From: an uncultured bacterium
GTDB taxonomy: Bacteria; Babelota; Babeliae; Babelales; Vermiphilaceae
Reading direction: 5' to 3'
Assembly (NCBI GenBank): GCA_963704465.1
Contig: OY969901.1
Span: forward strand, 1,053,331-1,117,330
Length of the DNA stretch: 64,000 nucleotides
Below are positions 48,328 through 58,329 of this stretch, in pieces; position 1 is the stretch's first letter, and each line of letters starts with the position of its first letter. The notes under the pieces were generated by a model that saw nothing but the letters and a program-made list of their open reading frames with translations, was not told the origin of the DNA and ran no database searches. The position numbers were made by a program, and so were the translations under genes.

Positions 48328-48777
48328 TCATGCGCCTTTAAGCTCGCGCCGCGTTTCACGGTTAAGATCACGCTCTTTAAGTTCACGCTTCTTGCTCGGT
48401 GCATTCTTATGCTTACAAATACCAAGCTCCACCTTAATTTTGCTTTTTTCATTAAAATAAAGGCTCAACGGAATCAGGGTTACCCCTTTTTGCGATACCT
48501 GGCCATGCAAACGCGAAAGCTCACGTTTATGGAGCAGGAGCTTACGGGAACGCTTTGCCCCCTCTTCATCCTGCCGAAAAGCCTTTTCATAGGGGGTAAT
48601 ATGCAGGTTAATCACCTGCAGCTCACCGTTATGGAAGGTAGCAAATGCACCAGTCATATTAACGTGGCCAGCACGCAATGATTTTACCTCATCACCGGTA
48701 AGCACGATGCCTGCCTCGATTGTATCGTTAATTTCGTAATCGAAAAAAGCTTTTTTATTTTTGGTTATTAGTTTCAT
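48328..48777 (-). CDS. smpB: SsrA-binding protein SmpB
   Basis: KNKKAFFDYEINDTIEAGIVLTGDEVKSLR...LLLHKRELSRL...KGVTLIPLSLYF, with a basic C-terminal tail. I trimmed the start to MKLITKN. Confidence 0.95.
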   Translation of the reverse strand: MKLITKNKKAFFDYEINDTIEAGIVLTGDEVKSLRAGHVNMTGAFATFHNGELQVINLHITPYEKAFRQDEEGAKRSRKLLLHKRELSRLHGQVSQKGVTLIPLSLYFNEKSKIKVELGICKHKNAPSKKRELKERDLNRETRRELKGA

Positions 48778-48876
48778 ACAACCAGCAATCACGTTTGATA
48801 ATATTACGTCTCTGGAGTATTCTAACATACAATGAAATACTATTCGATACCTAGTTTTATTATCAAAGGAATCTGT

Positions 48877-49542
48877 ATGGCACCTTTACACGTAAAAAAA
48901 ACGGTTACGGTGATAGGGATCTTCCTAGGTTCCCTGCTCCACACCAGCATCTATGGCAGCGCCGTGAGTATGCTTTTTGGCACCATAGAATTTCCCCGTA
49001 CCATTAAAACAGCGCCTCAGCATGAACTTTTTTACGAGGGGCAAAAATTAAAAACTGAAGTTGATGGACATAAACTTTTTTTCAACATCCCCATCCACCG
49101 TATGCTCAACCGATTCTTCATGCTCTTTGTTGAAGACCCTTCATATGTGCTCAAACAATCTGAAGGCAATTTTCAACAAAACACAATCGATTATCTCAAA
49201 AGCGGCACTATCTATCGCATTTTTGAACTACAAACATACAATACCGGCTGGCGTGTGTTTGAACGATTGCTCGACAATACTCTTGCGATCCCCGACAACA
49301 CTATTATCATCTACATGCCACCAACCTATGTGGATAAAATTGTGGGCGGTAAAGGCTTGCAACTCCCTCATGTAATGATTAAAGAAAATATCGTAGAGCT
49401 CTTAAGCAGCTCACTTGAAACATTGCAAAGAAAAGCTGATGAGCTCAGTATTGCAGCAATCGACCTGTGCACCTTTCATGTGCCAACACAAGAAGCAACT
49501 TTTGTGGCTGGTAACAAGCGTATCATTGTGCCAACGGTGTAA
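48877..49542 (+). CDS. Hypothetical secreted protein
   Basis: AAAGGAA upstream of the ATG at 48877. Leader MAPLHVKKTVTVIGIFLGSLLHTSIYG. Confidence 0.55.
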   Translation: MAPLHVKKTVTVIGIFLGSLLHTSIYGSAVSMLFGTIEFPRTIKTAPQHELFYEGQKLKTEVDGHKLFFNIPIHRMLNRFFMLFVEDPSYVLKQSEGNFQQNTIDYLKSGTIYRIFELQTYNTGWRVFERLLDNTLAIPDNTIIIYMPPTYVDKIVGGKGLQLPHVMIKENIVELLSSSLETLQRKADELSIAAIDLCTFHVPTQEATFVAGNKRIIVPTV

Positions 49543-49544
49543 CG

Positions 49545-50567
49545 ATGCAAGAACTGTATATTCTCGGTATAGAAACTTCCTGCGATGAAACCGCAGCTGC
49601 CGTATATAACACTACACGCGGCATACTTTCTAATGAGCTATTCTCCCAAATTGCGTTACATACACAATTTGGCGGTGTATTACCAGAACTTGCCTCTCGT
49701 GAACAGCTTGCAAAAATAGATTCTATTGTAGCGCATGCATTGCAAAAAGCGCAGGTTACGCTTGATCAGATCGATTATATTGCGGTGACCCATAAACCTG
49801 GTCTTGCCGGCTCATTGCTGGTAGGTTTAAGCTTTGCAAAATCACTCGCATGGGTAAAAAATAAACCACTCATCGGCGTAAACCATCTTGAAGGCCACAC
49901 CTTCTCCTCTATGATTGAACATCCCGTACCATTCCCGCATCTATGCCTCACCGCATCGGGCGGACACACTTCCATAAACCTGGTGCAGAACTTTGGCAAA
50001 TACTCAACGATTGCAGAAACGCTTGATGATGCGGCAGGTGAAGCGATGGATAAAATAGCAAAGCTCATGGGATTACCATACCCCGGTGGACCGGTGCTTG
50101 AAAAACTTGCCGCACAAAAACAGTTCGAAGATTTCTTTCGGTATCCACGCGGCAAAGCAGATGCTCTCAATTTTAGTTTCTCAGGGCTTAAAACTGCCGT
50201 CTTATACCACCTGGTGGCAAACCAGGCTTATGATCTTGCAAAGCGACAGTTTTTAAAAAATAACGACCTCGATTTTATTCAGAAAGTTGCAAGCTCATTG
50301 CACGTTTGCATAGCAGATATTTTTATTCAAAAAATTGGCCTTGCACTCAAACAACATCCAACGCTTAAAGCGATTACGTTTGTTGGTGGCGTTGCGTGCA
50401 ATCAGTATATTACCAATCGCATCCGTCAGTATGCTGAAGACCGCGGCCTTTCATTCTTCAGCCCATCAAAAAAATATTGCACCGACAATGGTGCCATGAT
50501 TGCATTCGTTGGCCATTACAAAGCACAAAAAAAAGAAACAAGTCCACTGACGCTGGATATTTTCTAA
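49545..50567 (+). CDS. tsaD: tRNA N6-adenosine threonylcarbamoyltransferase TsaD
   Basis: ILGIETSCDETAAAVY, VNHLEGH, GGVACN. 340 aa. Confidence 0.95.
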   Translation: MQELYILGIETSCDETAAAVYNTTRGILSNELFSQIALHTQFGGVLPELASREQLAKIDSIVAHALQKAQVTLDQIDYIAVTHKPGLAGSLLVGLSFAKSLAWVKNKPLIGVNHLEGHTFSSMIEHPVPFPHLCLTASGGHTSINLVQNFGKYSTIAETLDDAAGEAMDKIAKLMGLPYPGGPVLEKLAAQKQFEDFFRYPRGKADALNFSFSGLKTAVLYHLVANQAYDLAKRQFLKNNDLDFIQKVASSLHVCIADIFIQKIGLALKQHPTLKAITFVGGVACNQYITNRIRQYAEDRGLSFFSPSKKYCTDNGAMIAFVGHYKAQKKETSPLTLDIF

Positions 50568-50649
50568 CTTCGTCTTGTGCGATGTATGAAAAATTATTAT
50601 AATTCTTTCATTCCAAATGCAAATATAAACATCAAGGCAGGAATTGAAA

Positions 50650-51552
50650 ATGAAAACATCTCATTACGTATCTCTTTTTATATGCACGCTTTTAGCCTAT
50701 TGCGCATCAACCTTTGCAGCAGACCCTAATCATTATCTAGAACACAAAATACCGCCAATTATATCAACCAACATTAAAAAGGGAATATATATTGTTGAGC
50801 GATTTTGGGCATCTACCCATAATGCTGCAGAGCTTCCTTTAGTTTCAGGCCCTGCATGTCCGTGTATTATTGTTTTTGCGGCAAAGCCGGGATGCCCTGC
50901 TATTTTTGGTGCTCATCTGTATCACTTAAACTCAATCAAAAATCTGATAAATTCGATTAACACTTTTTATAAACTACCCTCATATGGGGAAAAATCGAAG
51001 CTGCGCTTTTCACTCTTTACCAGAACACTCTCTACCATAGACACCGAGTATACATTTAAAGAAGGCGCCCATTTAAATCGATTCAAGGAACTCATGCACG
51101 CACTCGACTCCGCATATAATATCATTCATTGTTCCTACCATTTTGATAATGATTCAACATTTAGATCGATTGCAGATCGCTTTGTAATCTGTACTGGACT
51201 TGATGAAAAAAATAGGTTACAAGTATACCGGTTTGACCCCATAGAGTCCGGTACCTTTAAATCAAAGGCACACTTAGACGATTATACTTTCCTGCATTAT
51301 CAAAAAACGTTTGGCCTCCATCAAATGCTGAATATTTTACCAGGAAATATGTGGGAATCATTGGATCAAGATTTGATCCAAATGGAATCAAAAGATACTA
51401 TTACGTTCGCAAACCAACTTGCAGTAGCACCTGAAAATTCTTTTAATGAAATGTTTGCATACAGACAAGGAGCCAAAGAAGATGCTCTTTACAAAAGAAA
51501 TACTCAACGAAGAGCCCTTTGTGAACAAAAATTAATGAACGTAAATTATTGA
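50650..51552 (+). CDS. Hypothetical secreted protein
   Basis: Leader MKTSHYVSLFICTLLAYCASTFA/AD. I recognise no domain. Confidence 0.55.
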   Translation: MKTSHYVSLFICTLLAYCASTFAADPNHYLEHKIPPIISTNIKKGIYIVERFWASTHNAAELPLVSGPACPCIIVFAAKPGCPAIFGAHLYHLNSIKNLINSINTFYKLPSYGEKSKLRFSLFTRTLSTIDTEYTFKEGAHLNRFKELMHALDSAYNIIHCSYHFDNDSTFRSIADRFVICTGLDEKNRLQVYRFDPIESGTFKSKAHLDDYTFLHYQKTFGLHQMLNILPGNMWESLDQDLIQMESKDTITFANQLAVAPENSFNEMFAYRQGAKEDALYKRNTQRRALCEQKLMNVNY

Positions 51553-51680
51553 GCAAGTGATTGAATTTTTGCTAGAGCTGCAGTGGGAACTGTGATCTGT
51601 GCATTGCTTCCTTGCCAAGAAAAAAAATCGTAACCATACTGACAGTACCTTATATTTTCATGCAAAAAACGGAGCTTGCA

Positions 51681-51968
51681 ATGGTTAAAAATCTAGTGTT
51701 GATACTTATTGCTACCACCTTTGTAACACACGCTGCAGATGTTAAAAATCAAAACTACATCGCCGATCTTGAAAAACAATGGCTCATTCTGGTGAAAGAA
51801 AATAATTACTCGGGAGAGGTTGCACAAGAAGCAATTTTTTTAAAAAATCAAACAAAAGAAGCTATGCAAAAAAGTGGTTTAAGCTGGCAAGATATTAACG
51901 ACATGGAATTAGCTGCCATTAAAAATGCCACAGAAAAAAATAAATCGACCACAAAAGCAAAACTTTAA
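51681..51968 (+). CDS. Small hypothetical secreted protein
   Basis: GGAG lies 6 nt upstream of the ATG at 51681. Leader MVKNLVLILIATTFVTHA/AD. Confidence 0.5.
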   Translation: MVKNLVLILIATTFVTHAADVKNQNYIADLEKQWLILVKENNYSGEVAQEAIFLKNQTKEAMQKSGLSWQDINDMELAAIKNATEKNKSTTKAKL

Positions 51969-51977
51969 TGCGCACAT

Positions 51978-52469
51978 TTAATCTGTGTACAGTGCCAACA
52001 ACTGCGCATAGATTTCGTTCAGATCAAGTGAAATCTGTTTGGTATCCGTAAGCGTTGGTAAAAAATTAGTATCACCAAAAAAGCGTGGTAACACATGCAT
52101 ATGCAGATGCTCGGGAATACCAGCTCCTGCCGCTTTGCCCAGATTAATACCCATGTTGCAACCATCCGTATCGAATGCCTTTTTTAACATCTCCGTTGCA
52201 ATACTCGCCTGCTCTATGAGCTCAGCACGAACCGCTGCATCATACAGATGCAATTCTGGTTTATGTTCATACGGAACCACAAGAAGATGCCCAGGATTAT
52301 AGGGATATTTGTTGAGCATCACCATACAATGCGTCAACCGCTTGAGCACAAATTCTGATGCATCTGCACTGGAATCTCGAATCGCACAAAACACACACGC
52401 AGAAGATTCTTTCGCCGCATGCACACGAGTAGTATAGGCTGAGCGCCATGGAGCATATAATTTTTTCAT
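51978..52469 (-). CDS. HIT-family nucleotide hydrolase/transferase
   Basis: Histidine-triad motif HLHMHVLPR, plus NPGHLLVVP and an N-terminal CVFC motif. Confidence 0.85.
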   Translation of the reverse strand: MKKLYAPWRSAYTTRVHAAKESSACVFCAIRDSSADASEFVLKRLTHCMVMLNKYPYNPGHLLVVPYEHKPELHLYDAAVRAELIEQASIATEMLKKAFDTDGCNMGINLGKAAGAGIPEHLHMHVLPRFFGDTNFLPTLTDTKQISLDLNEIYAQLLALYTD

Positions 52470-52590
52470 ACATACATCACTATAAAAAACAGCCTACCGC
52501 ATAGTATAGAGGCTATAGATTTAGAATTCTATCTTGTTAATCCTAGCGAGTGTGATAGTGTAAAGCAAGCCTGTAGTTGTGGAGTAATGA

Positions 52591-54738
52591 ATGAGACATG
52601 AGTTTATAGAACAGCGTTTACAAAATATGCGCGCATTTGCAGAACCAATGCTTGATGCGCATATGATCTTGGTGGCCATCAATACCGTATTTGTTGAATC
52701 TCACGCAGCATTACCTGCACGTGTTGCTCAACAATGTTGCGAACCGATTGGCCTTGCACAAAAAGTTAAAACCGTTTTTGAACGTGCTTCCCGCGCACAA
52801 GCACAATCTGGCAATGAACGCGCGCTCTCGGATACCTATTCATGCTCTGGTGTAGTAGTTGCCGTAGGCAAAGAGGTGCGCACACTCAGGCCAGGTGATA
52901 TGGTTGCGTGTCTTGGTTCGCGAGAAACATGGTATGCAGATCTTGCCTGCGTTTCTGAATACGAAGCAGTATTACTCAACAGTTCAGATGATTATAAAAA
53001 ACAGGCTGTTGCAGGGTATGGCGTGCTTGCGCTACATGCAATACAGCGCGCTCAACTACAAGTTGGCTACACCGTATGCGTGGTAGGATTCAATGCATTT
53101 GGCTACCTCATCGTGCAGCTTGCAAAATTAAGCGGCGCACAAGTAGTTGTGATTGATGATAAACCAGCGCAACTTCAACGAGCACGCGAATTGGGCGCTT
53201 CCTATGTATTCCATCCAAACAGTGAAAATTGGCAAACAGAACTTCTATGCATTACACAACGTCACGGCGTTGACGTTACTATTATTGTTGATAGCACGAT
53301 TAAAGGAGTAACGCCGCATAACGCAATCACGATCACACGCTCACATGGCCGTATTGTACTCGTTGGCCTCCACGACATTTTTATTAATCATGCGATTGTT
53401 GGGCGTAAAGATATCGATTTCGCCGTAGCAGCACCACATGATAGCTGTTACCATGATGAACAACTGGGCCACTATCATAGTCAAGTTCCGTTCGTGCAAT
53501 GGCGCCAACGCGCAGGCTTGCAACAAATATCACGCCTTATCAGTAATGGTGAAATTAATGTTGACCCTCTCATTACACAAGAGTGGGAAGTGGGTCAAAA
53601 AAAGGCCTGCCCTATTTTAAATCAAGATGCTGATCTTGGTATGCTTATTATATGCAAAACGAATAATGACGCACTCACCTTTTCTACTGACGAAAAAATA
53701 CCCAAAATCTCTACACTACGCAAGCTTAATGGTATAACCCGCTTTGTGCCTGCCATGCGCGATAGCGTTCGTGTTGGCGTTATTGGCGCAGATAGCTTTG
53801 TACAAGATACCCTTCTTCCAGCCCTCGCTCGGCTTGGCGATGTGACCGTAAAAGCGATTTCTGATATCGAATACGCACGCGCAGAACGCGTCTCTAAATT
53901 ATTCGGTGTTGCACGTACCTGTCAGCTTGATACCGATATTCTGCAGGGGGATTTGGTTGATGCTATTATTATTGCGTCAAATGCACTATATCATGCTGAT
54001 CGCGTTACGCATGCATTAGAATCAAATAAAGCGGTGTTTGTACAAGAACCCCTAGCCGTGAATTTTGAACAACTGAAGCGCATCAAGCAAACGCTCGAAG
54101 AGCGCCCTCATGTGCCACTGTGCGTTGATTACTATCGCTCTTACGCACCATTTATGAAAAAAATAAAATCGGTTTTAAAACGCCGATCAACACCGTTAAT
54201 GGCACACTATCGCGTGAATAGTAAGAATAATCAACTCTGCGAGCAAAAGGCAGCACCTGGTGCTGGAAAAATTTTAAATGATGCGTGTCATTATATCGAT
54301 CTTTTTTGTTATTTGACTGATGCGCAACCCGTTGCCGTTTCGGTAGAATCGATCCACACAGTCAGAGATGATGTGTTTCCTACGGACAACTTTTCTGCAC
54401 AAATCAGTTTTGCTGATGGGTCGGTCTGCTCACTGCTTTATACCACACTCGGACACGAACAGTATGGCAGTGAAAAACTTGAACTCTTTTTTGATGGTAA
54501 AACAATTCTCATGCATGATTTTCTCACACTACAAGGGCATGGCCTGCCCGCATGGTTTGACGAATCGGTCTCAACACCAACATCGGGGCGCGATCTTTTG
54601 ATTGCAGATTTTTTTGCAGGGTTGCGCGAAAATCCGGTTCGCACGCCGATTTCACGCGAACGGATCTTGGTAGTCAATACTATTGCACTCACCATTGATC
54701 GCCTTGCATGCAGTGGCGGCGGAGAACAAAAACTGTAA
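52591..54738 (+). CDS. Bi-domain oxidoreductase (MDR/alcohol-dehydrogenase-like N-half fused to a Gfo/Idh/MocA-like C-half)
   Basis: N-half: GDMVACLG and the Rossmann motif VCVVGFNAFGYLIVQLAKLSGAQVVVID. C-half: VRVGVIGADSFVQDTLLPALARL and KAVFVQEPLA. Confidence 0.75.
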   Translation: MRHEFIEQRLQNMRAFAEPMLDAHMILVAINTVFVESHAALPARVAQQCCEPIGLAQKVKTVFERASRAQAQSGNERALSDTYSCSGVVVAVGKEVRTLRPGDMVACLGSRETWYADLACVSEYEAVLLNSSDDYKKQAVAGYGVLALHAIQRAQLQVGYTVCVVGFNAFGYLIVQLAKLSGAQVVVIDDKPAQLQRARELGASYVFHPNSENWQTELLCITQRHGVDVTIIVDSTIKGVTPHNAITITRSHGRIVLVGLHDIFINHAIVGRKDIDFAVAAPHDSCYHDEQLGHYHSQVPFVQWRQRAGLQQISRLISNGEINVDPLITQEWEVGQKKACPILNQDADLGMLIICKTNNDALTFSTDEKIPKISTLRKLNGITRFVPAMRDSVRVGVIGADSFVQDTLLPALARLGDVTVKAISDIEYARAERVSKLFGVARTCQLDTDILQGDLVDAIIIASNALYHADRVTHALESNKAVFVQEPLAVNFEQLKRIKQTLEERPHVPLCVDYYRSYAPFMKKIKSVLKRRSTPLMAHYRVNSKNNQLCEQKAAPGAGKILNDACHYIDLFCYLTDAQPVAVSVESIHTVRDDVFPTDNFSAQISFADGSVCSLLYTTLGHEQYGSEKLELFFDGKTILMHDFLTLQGHGLPAWFDESVSTPTSGRDLLIADFFAGLRENPVRTPISRERILVVNTIALTIDRLACSGGGEQKL

Positions 54739-54802
54739 CACTTGCTCTTTCGAAGAACTCTGTTATATTTTTTGCATTTCAAACACATACAAAGGTCTCA
54801 AT

Positions 54803-55426
54803 ATGAAGTGCATTAAAATTATTTTTTCCATAGCTTTTTTGAGCAGCGCCTTTGCCACACAGAGCGCAGAGCATACACTCTGTGAATCAAAACATTGCTG
54901 GTTTGGCCACGCAGATAATCCTGTGGTAAAAGTTCAATTAAAGTCATGGAACAATTGGTATACACATGAAGATCACTGGACGCGAGAACTCGAAATGCCT
55001 GGAAAATCAGGCGAATACTCGATCAGCAACTGCGTACCCATTTTAAACATAGCTGCAGCGCCTATTAACGAATGGCCAAAAGAAATCGATAGAGGGTTAG
55101 AAGTTCTTATTTCTGGGTATGATGTAACTCCGTATACCTATGCAGACATTATACAAACACCTGACATCAATGCATACGTTATGGCAGAACAATACAACAA
55201 ACATAAAGATGAAGCCCTAAGTTTTATAGATAAAAAAAGAACATCGCTCAAAACAGTACAACATAAACACATAAAAAAAGCGCTTGAACTGCTTAATAAA
55301 TATCATGCGCTTATAGCTGAACAACCTGCTGCTCAATGGCATGAATGCACAGGGCTCATCGTACCCCTTCGCTCAGTGCTTGCGATCACTACCATAATTT
55401 CTATCGCAGCAACTCAAAAACGATAA
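54803..55426 (+). CDS. Hypothetical secreted protein with C-terminal hydrophobic segment
   Basis: Leader MKCIKIIFSIAFLSSAFA. I trimmed the start from the longer track ORF, which overlaps the previous gene. Confidence 0.55.
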   Translation: MKCIKIIFSIAFLSSAFATQSAEHTLCESKHCWFGHADNPVVKVQLKSWNNWYTHEDHWTRELEMPGKSGEYSISNCVPILNIAAAPINEWPKEIDRGLEVLISGYDVTPYTYADIIQTPDINAYVMAEQYNKHKDEALSFIDKKRTSLKTVQHKHIKKALELLNKYHALIAEQPAAQWHECTGLIVPLRSVLAITTIISIAATQKR

Positions 55427-55435
55427 TTCTGTTTC

Positions 55436-55475
55436 AAAAAAAAGAGCGAACATAGTTAAATGTTCGCTCTTTTTT
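55436..55475. terminator. Bidirectional rho-independent terminator
   Basis: AAAAAAAA-AGAGCGAACAT-agttaa-ATGTTCGCTCT-TTTTT, between convergent genes. Confidence 0.75.
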
Positions 55476-55488
55476 GATTATCAACGTA

Positions 55489-55830
55489 TTACTGTTGTTT
55501 TGTGTAGTACAGGCTTTCAACGAAAGGAATTTCAAATGATTTATGCCCTACCGTTGCACTATATCTAACAGATCGAGCAACATGCTGCGCTGTTGAATCA
55601 GACCAGTTAGCTTTTTTTGCAACCCCAAATGCTTCATCATACACAACACGATTCATGCAATTTTTTGGTTCTTGCATCGCTTTAAGAAGCGTTTGACACT
55701 CATTACCATTGGATTGGCAATATTCTTTTATTCTCGATGGTAACAACGCACGTTGTTCTTCACCCGCATACGCACTGCTTACTGCAAACGCACACGCAAC
55801 CATTGCTACTAATTTTTGATTGATGAACAT
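55489..55830 (-). CDS. Small hypothetical secreted protein
   Basis: AGGAG SD upstream. Leader MFINQKLVAMVACAFAVSSAYA. Confidence 0.6.
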   Translation of the reverse strand: MFINQKLVAMVACAFAVSSAYAGEEQRALLPSRIKEYCQSNGNECQTLLKAMQEPKNCMNRVVYDEAFGVAKKANWSDSTAQHVARSVRYSATVGHKSFEIPFVESLYYTKQQ

Positions 55831-55981
55831 CGATAACTCCTGTGATGAAATATGTTAATAAGTTCACTCATTGTAATGTCGAACTAACAAAAATCAAGTA
55901 TTATACTCTAATCATGTTAAATCAATCGTAAAGGATGCAAGATACAAGGTTCAATCAATATGCATTATCAGATTAAAACAT

Positions 55982-56012
55982 AAAAAAAGAGCACCTTTTG
56001 AAGGGTGCCCTT
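55982..56012 (-). terminator. Rho-independent terminator (for 56028..56396)
   Basis: The minus strand reads GGGCACCCTT-caaa-AAGGTGCTC followed by T7. The stem has one bulge. Confidence 0.5.
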
Positions 56013-56027
56013 CTATAAAAAACAGTC

Positions 56028-56396
56028 TTAAGAAAGTTGTTCTACAATGTTGTAGAGATTGCCACTCGGATCTTGGATCAGAATCATTTTTACATGACCA
56101 GGCACTTCTTGAATATCACCAAGAATGCGCACGTTTTTTGATTCAAGTTCCGCCTTAGCAGCAACAACGTCAGACACATTGATGCATATTACTGCATTAC
56201 TGCCTGCTTTAACAGGAGTATCTTTGCATGAAACACCCATGCCAATATGGGTATCGTCACCAGCAGAAAACTCCGCCCAGTTAAACTCAGGAGAATCCGC
56301 TTCTAATTTTAAGCCAAGCACGTTTGTGAAAAACGCTTTGCCTTCGGCCATGTTGTTCACCACAACCCATGCCATTTTAAAACCTTGTGGTTTCAT
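56028..56396 (-). CDS. VOC (glyoxalase/bleomycin-resistance fold) family protein
   Basis: I trimmed the start to MKPQGFKM (AAAGGA upstream). The pattern is typical of the fold: VVVNNMAEGKAFFTNVLGLKL...HIGMGV...VKMILIQDPSGNLYNIVE. Confidence 0.7.
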   Translation of the reverse strand: MKPQGFKMAWVVVNNMAEGKAFFTNVLGLKLEADSPEFNWAEFSAGDDTHIGMGVSCKDTPVKAGSNAVICINVSDVVAAKAELESKNVRILGDIQEVPGHVKMILIQDPSGNLYNIVEQLS

Positions 56397-56466
56397 ACGA
56401 TATCCTTTAATAAAATACAGTAGAGAATATAAGTAGAATCTCACAAAGATTGCAGATCGTCAAACA

Positions 56467-57102
56467 TTAGAACTTTTCTGGAAACTGGGCCACTATGCCT
56501 TTGGTAAGATCATCACCCATACCAAGCGCTTGAACAAAAATAGCATCGAATGCTTTCACATCATCTGCCCACTTTTTGCCAATGCGTGCCACTGCTTCTT
56601 GCGTAGTTAAGGTGAGATGTTCATACAGCATGTTCTTCATCATATCCATTGGCCATGCAGGATTTGCACTGCTCAAGAAGGTGGCAATATCACGCGCATT
56701 CGCATGCCATTTCTCGTCAGCTTCAGTGAGTTTTGCCTTATCTCCCACTTTTGCTGCTGCTACCACATCAACCGCAATAAGAATATGATCTTTGAGGAGT
56801 GCGGTTAACTTCTTGCCCGCTTCATCGCCATAGTATGGCACAATCGCATTGCCAATATCTTCCTGATTTTTCAAAAGCCGATCCGCCGCCACTTTTACAT
56901 CATCAGCATCTGCTACCGCGGCAACAATATAATCGCGTGTCCAAATAACATGATCTGCCCATAATTTACGCATTGCCGTGCGCAACGCGCAACCTTTTAC
57001 CGAAAAAACAACGCCCTTTTTATCTTGCCACGCATGCCACTGCATCCCCGCAAAAACGCCTGCTGCCAAGCAAACTGCACCCACTATAATCGATGTACGC
57101 AT
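56467..57102 (-). CDS. Conserved hypothetical helical protein with N-terminal TM/leader
   Basis: AAGGAAG upstream of the ATG at 57102. The helical body has an internal repeat (LWADHVIWTRDYIVAAV.. and MLYEHLTLTTQEAVARI..). It resembles an uncharacterised family I recall from Firmicutes, and I assign no function. Confidence 0.6.
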   Translation of the reverse strand: MRTSIIVGAVCLAAGVFAGMQWHAWQDKKGVVFSVKGCALRTAMRKLWADHVIWTRDYIVAAVADADDVKVAADRLLKNQEDIGNAIVPYYGDEAGKKLTALLKDHILIAVDVVAAAKVGDKAKLTEADEKWHANARDIATFLSSANPAWPMDMMKNMLYEHLTLTTQEAVARIGKKWADDVKAFDAIFVQALGMGDDLTKGIVAQFPEKF

Positions 57103-57218
57103 CGCACTTCCTTTTGTATGTGAAAACAATATGCTTTAAGAAAACATCACGCACGCTATAACAGTCAAGAAAAAACACAAAGCGTTCGCATCTTGTATGC
57201 GTAAACTTTCAAAATAGT

Positions 57219-57716
57219 TTACGCCGCTTCGGATAGCCGAGCACGTATCGCTTCTATTTTGTTCACATGTTCCCATTGATGTATCATGAGCAAGGGAAAA
57301 CCGATCGGAAATACAATGATCGCTGCCAAGAGGCCAAGCACACCAAACCCTATATATTCGTTATACGAGCCTTTAATGGCATCTTTTAACAGTTCTTGTT
57401 CGCAAGGGCTTGCAGCATGGAACGTTTGCAACACACGATCGACTACTGTTTTGCCAAATATCTTTTCCGCAATAGCCTTACGCATTGCTTCTATTTTTCT
57501 AGTTGTTTGTTCGATATATGAAGCTTCTTTTTGTTCTTCATTCTGTTTTGTTGGGAAAACAGCCTTGTGCAGATCGCAAATATCTTTATACTTCATTCTC
57601 CAAATTATGCACGCCGCTTCAACAATAGAGAGCGGCTGCTCCGGAGTAGCCTGCACAAACGCTCCCCATATAATAGCGCTGAATAATATAAAAAACAGGT
57701 TCTTGGTACGTGTCAT
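57219..57716 (-). CDS. Hypothetical protein with leader and C-terminal TM
   Basis: AAAGGAAA SD-like sequence upstream. Leader LFFILFSAIIWGAFVQA. TM segment FGVLGLLAAIIVFPIGFPLLMI. Confidence 0.55.
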   Translation of the reverse strand: MTRTKNLFFILFSAIIWGAFVQATPEQPLSIVEAACIIWRMKYKDICDLHKAVFPTKQNEEQKEASYIEQTTRKIEAMRKAIAEKIFGKTVVDRVLQTFHAASPCEQELLKDAIKGSYNEYIGFGVLGLLAAIIVFPIGFPLLMIHQWEHVNKIEAIRARLSEAA

Positions 57717-57798
57717 AATTTCCTTTTATACATGTTACTTATTTAAAGATATGGGTAACACTATCATAAACGTTATGTAAGTACAAAACAGAATCTTC

Positions 57799-58329
57799 CT
57801 ATCTCTTTGCAGGAAAGGCAATAGCCGCTGGCTGCTTACTTAACCACAAAAAAACTAAATAGCTTATACCTATACCAGCAATGCCAAGACCGGTATACCC
57901 AACATATGCCCACAACATAGACTTTTTGTTTTCATTAGATTTGTTTTGAGACAGTTGAATAGCGCCATTTTTAATTTTTACCAATGATACACCATCATAT
58001 GGGTATGTCTTATTTTGAAAAACAACTGAATTTTGCGTTGTGTAAAGATCAAATTTTTTACAAATGATGGGATGCCCTGAAAAAGTGCCGCCTATCACTC
58101 CATTTACATTTTGAAGATTCCATGCATATTCATTCGATCTGTACCGATCTATTATAACATCACCATCTGTATGAATATCAGTCACTTCACCATTAACAAC
58201 TTGCCGCACGTGAATATTCTGCCCTTTAATTTTTTCTGTTCCTACGCATGTTCCACTTTGACTTGCATAGATACAATGTGATGATGCAAAGACAGCAATA
58301 TATAGAAAAAAAGATAATATGCGTATCAT
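57799..58329 (-). CDS. Hypothetical protein with leader and C-terminal TM
   Basis: Leader MIRILSFFLYIAVFASSHCIYA. TM segment WAYVGYTGLGIAGIGISYLVFLW. Confidence 0.55.
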   Translation of the reverse strand: MIRILSFFLYIAVFASSHCIYASQSGTCVGTEKIKGQNIHVRQVVNGEVTDIHTDGDVIIDRYRSNEYAWNLQNVNGVIGGTFSGHPIICKKFDLYTTQNSVVFQNKTYPYDGVSLVKIKNGAIQLSQNKSNENKKSMLWAYVGYTGLGIAGIGISYLVFLWLSKQPAAIAFPAKR

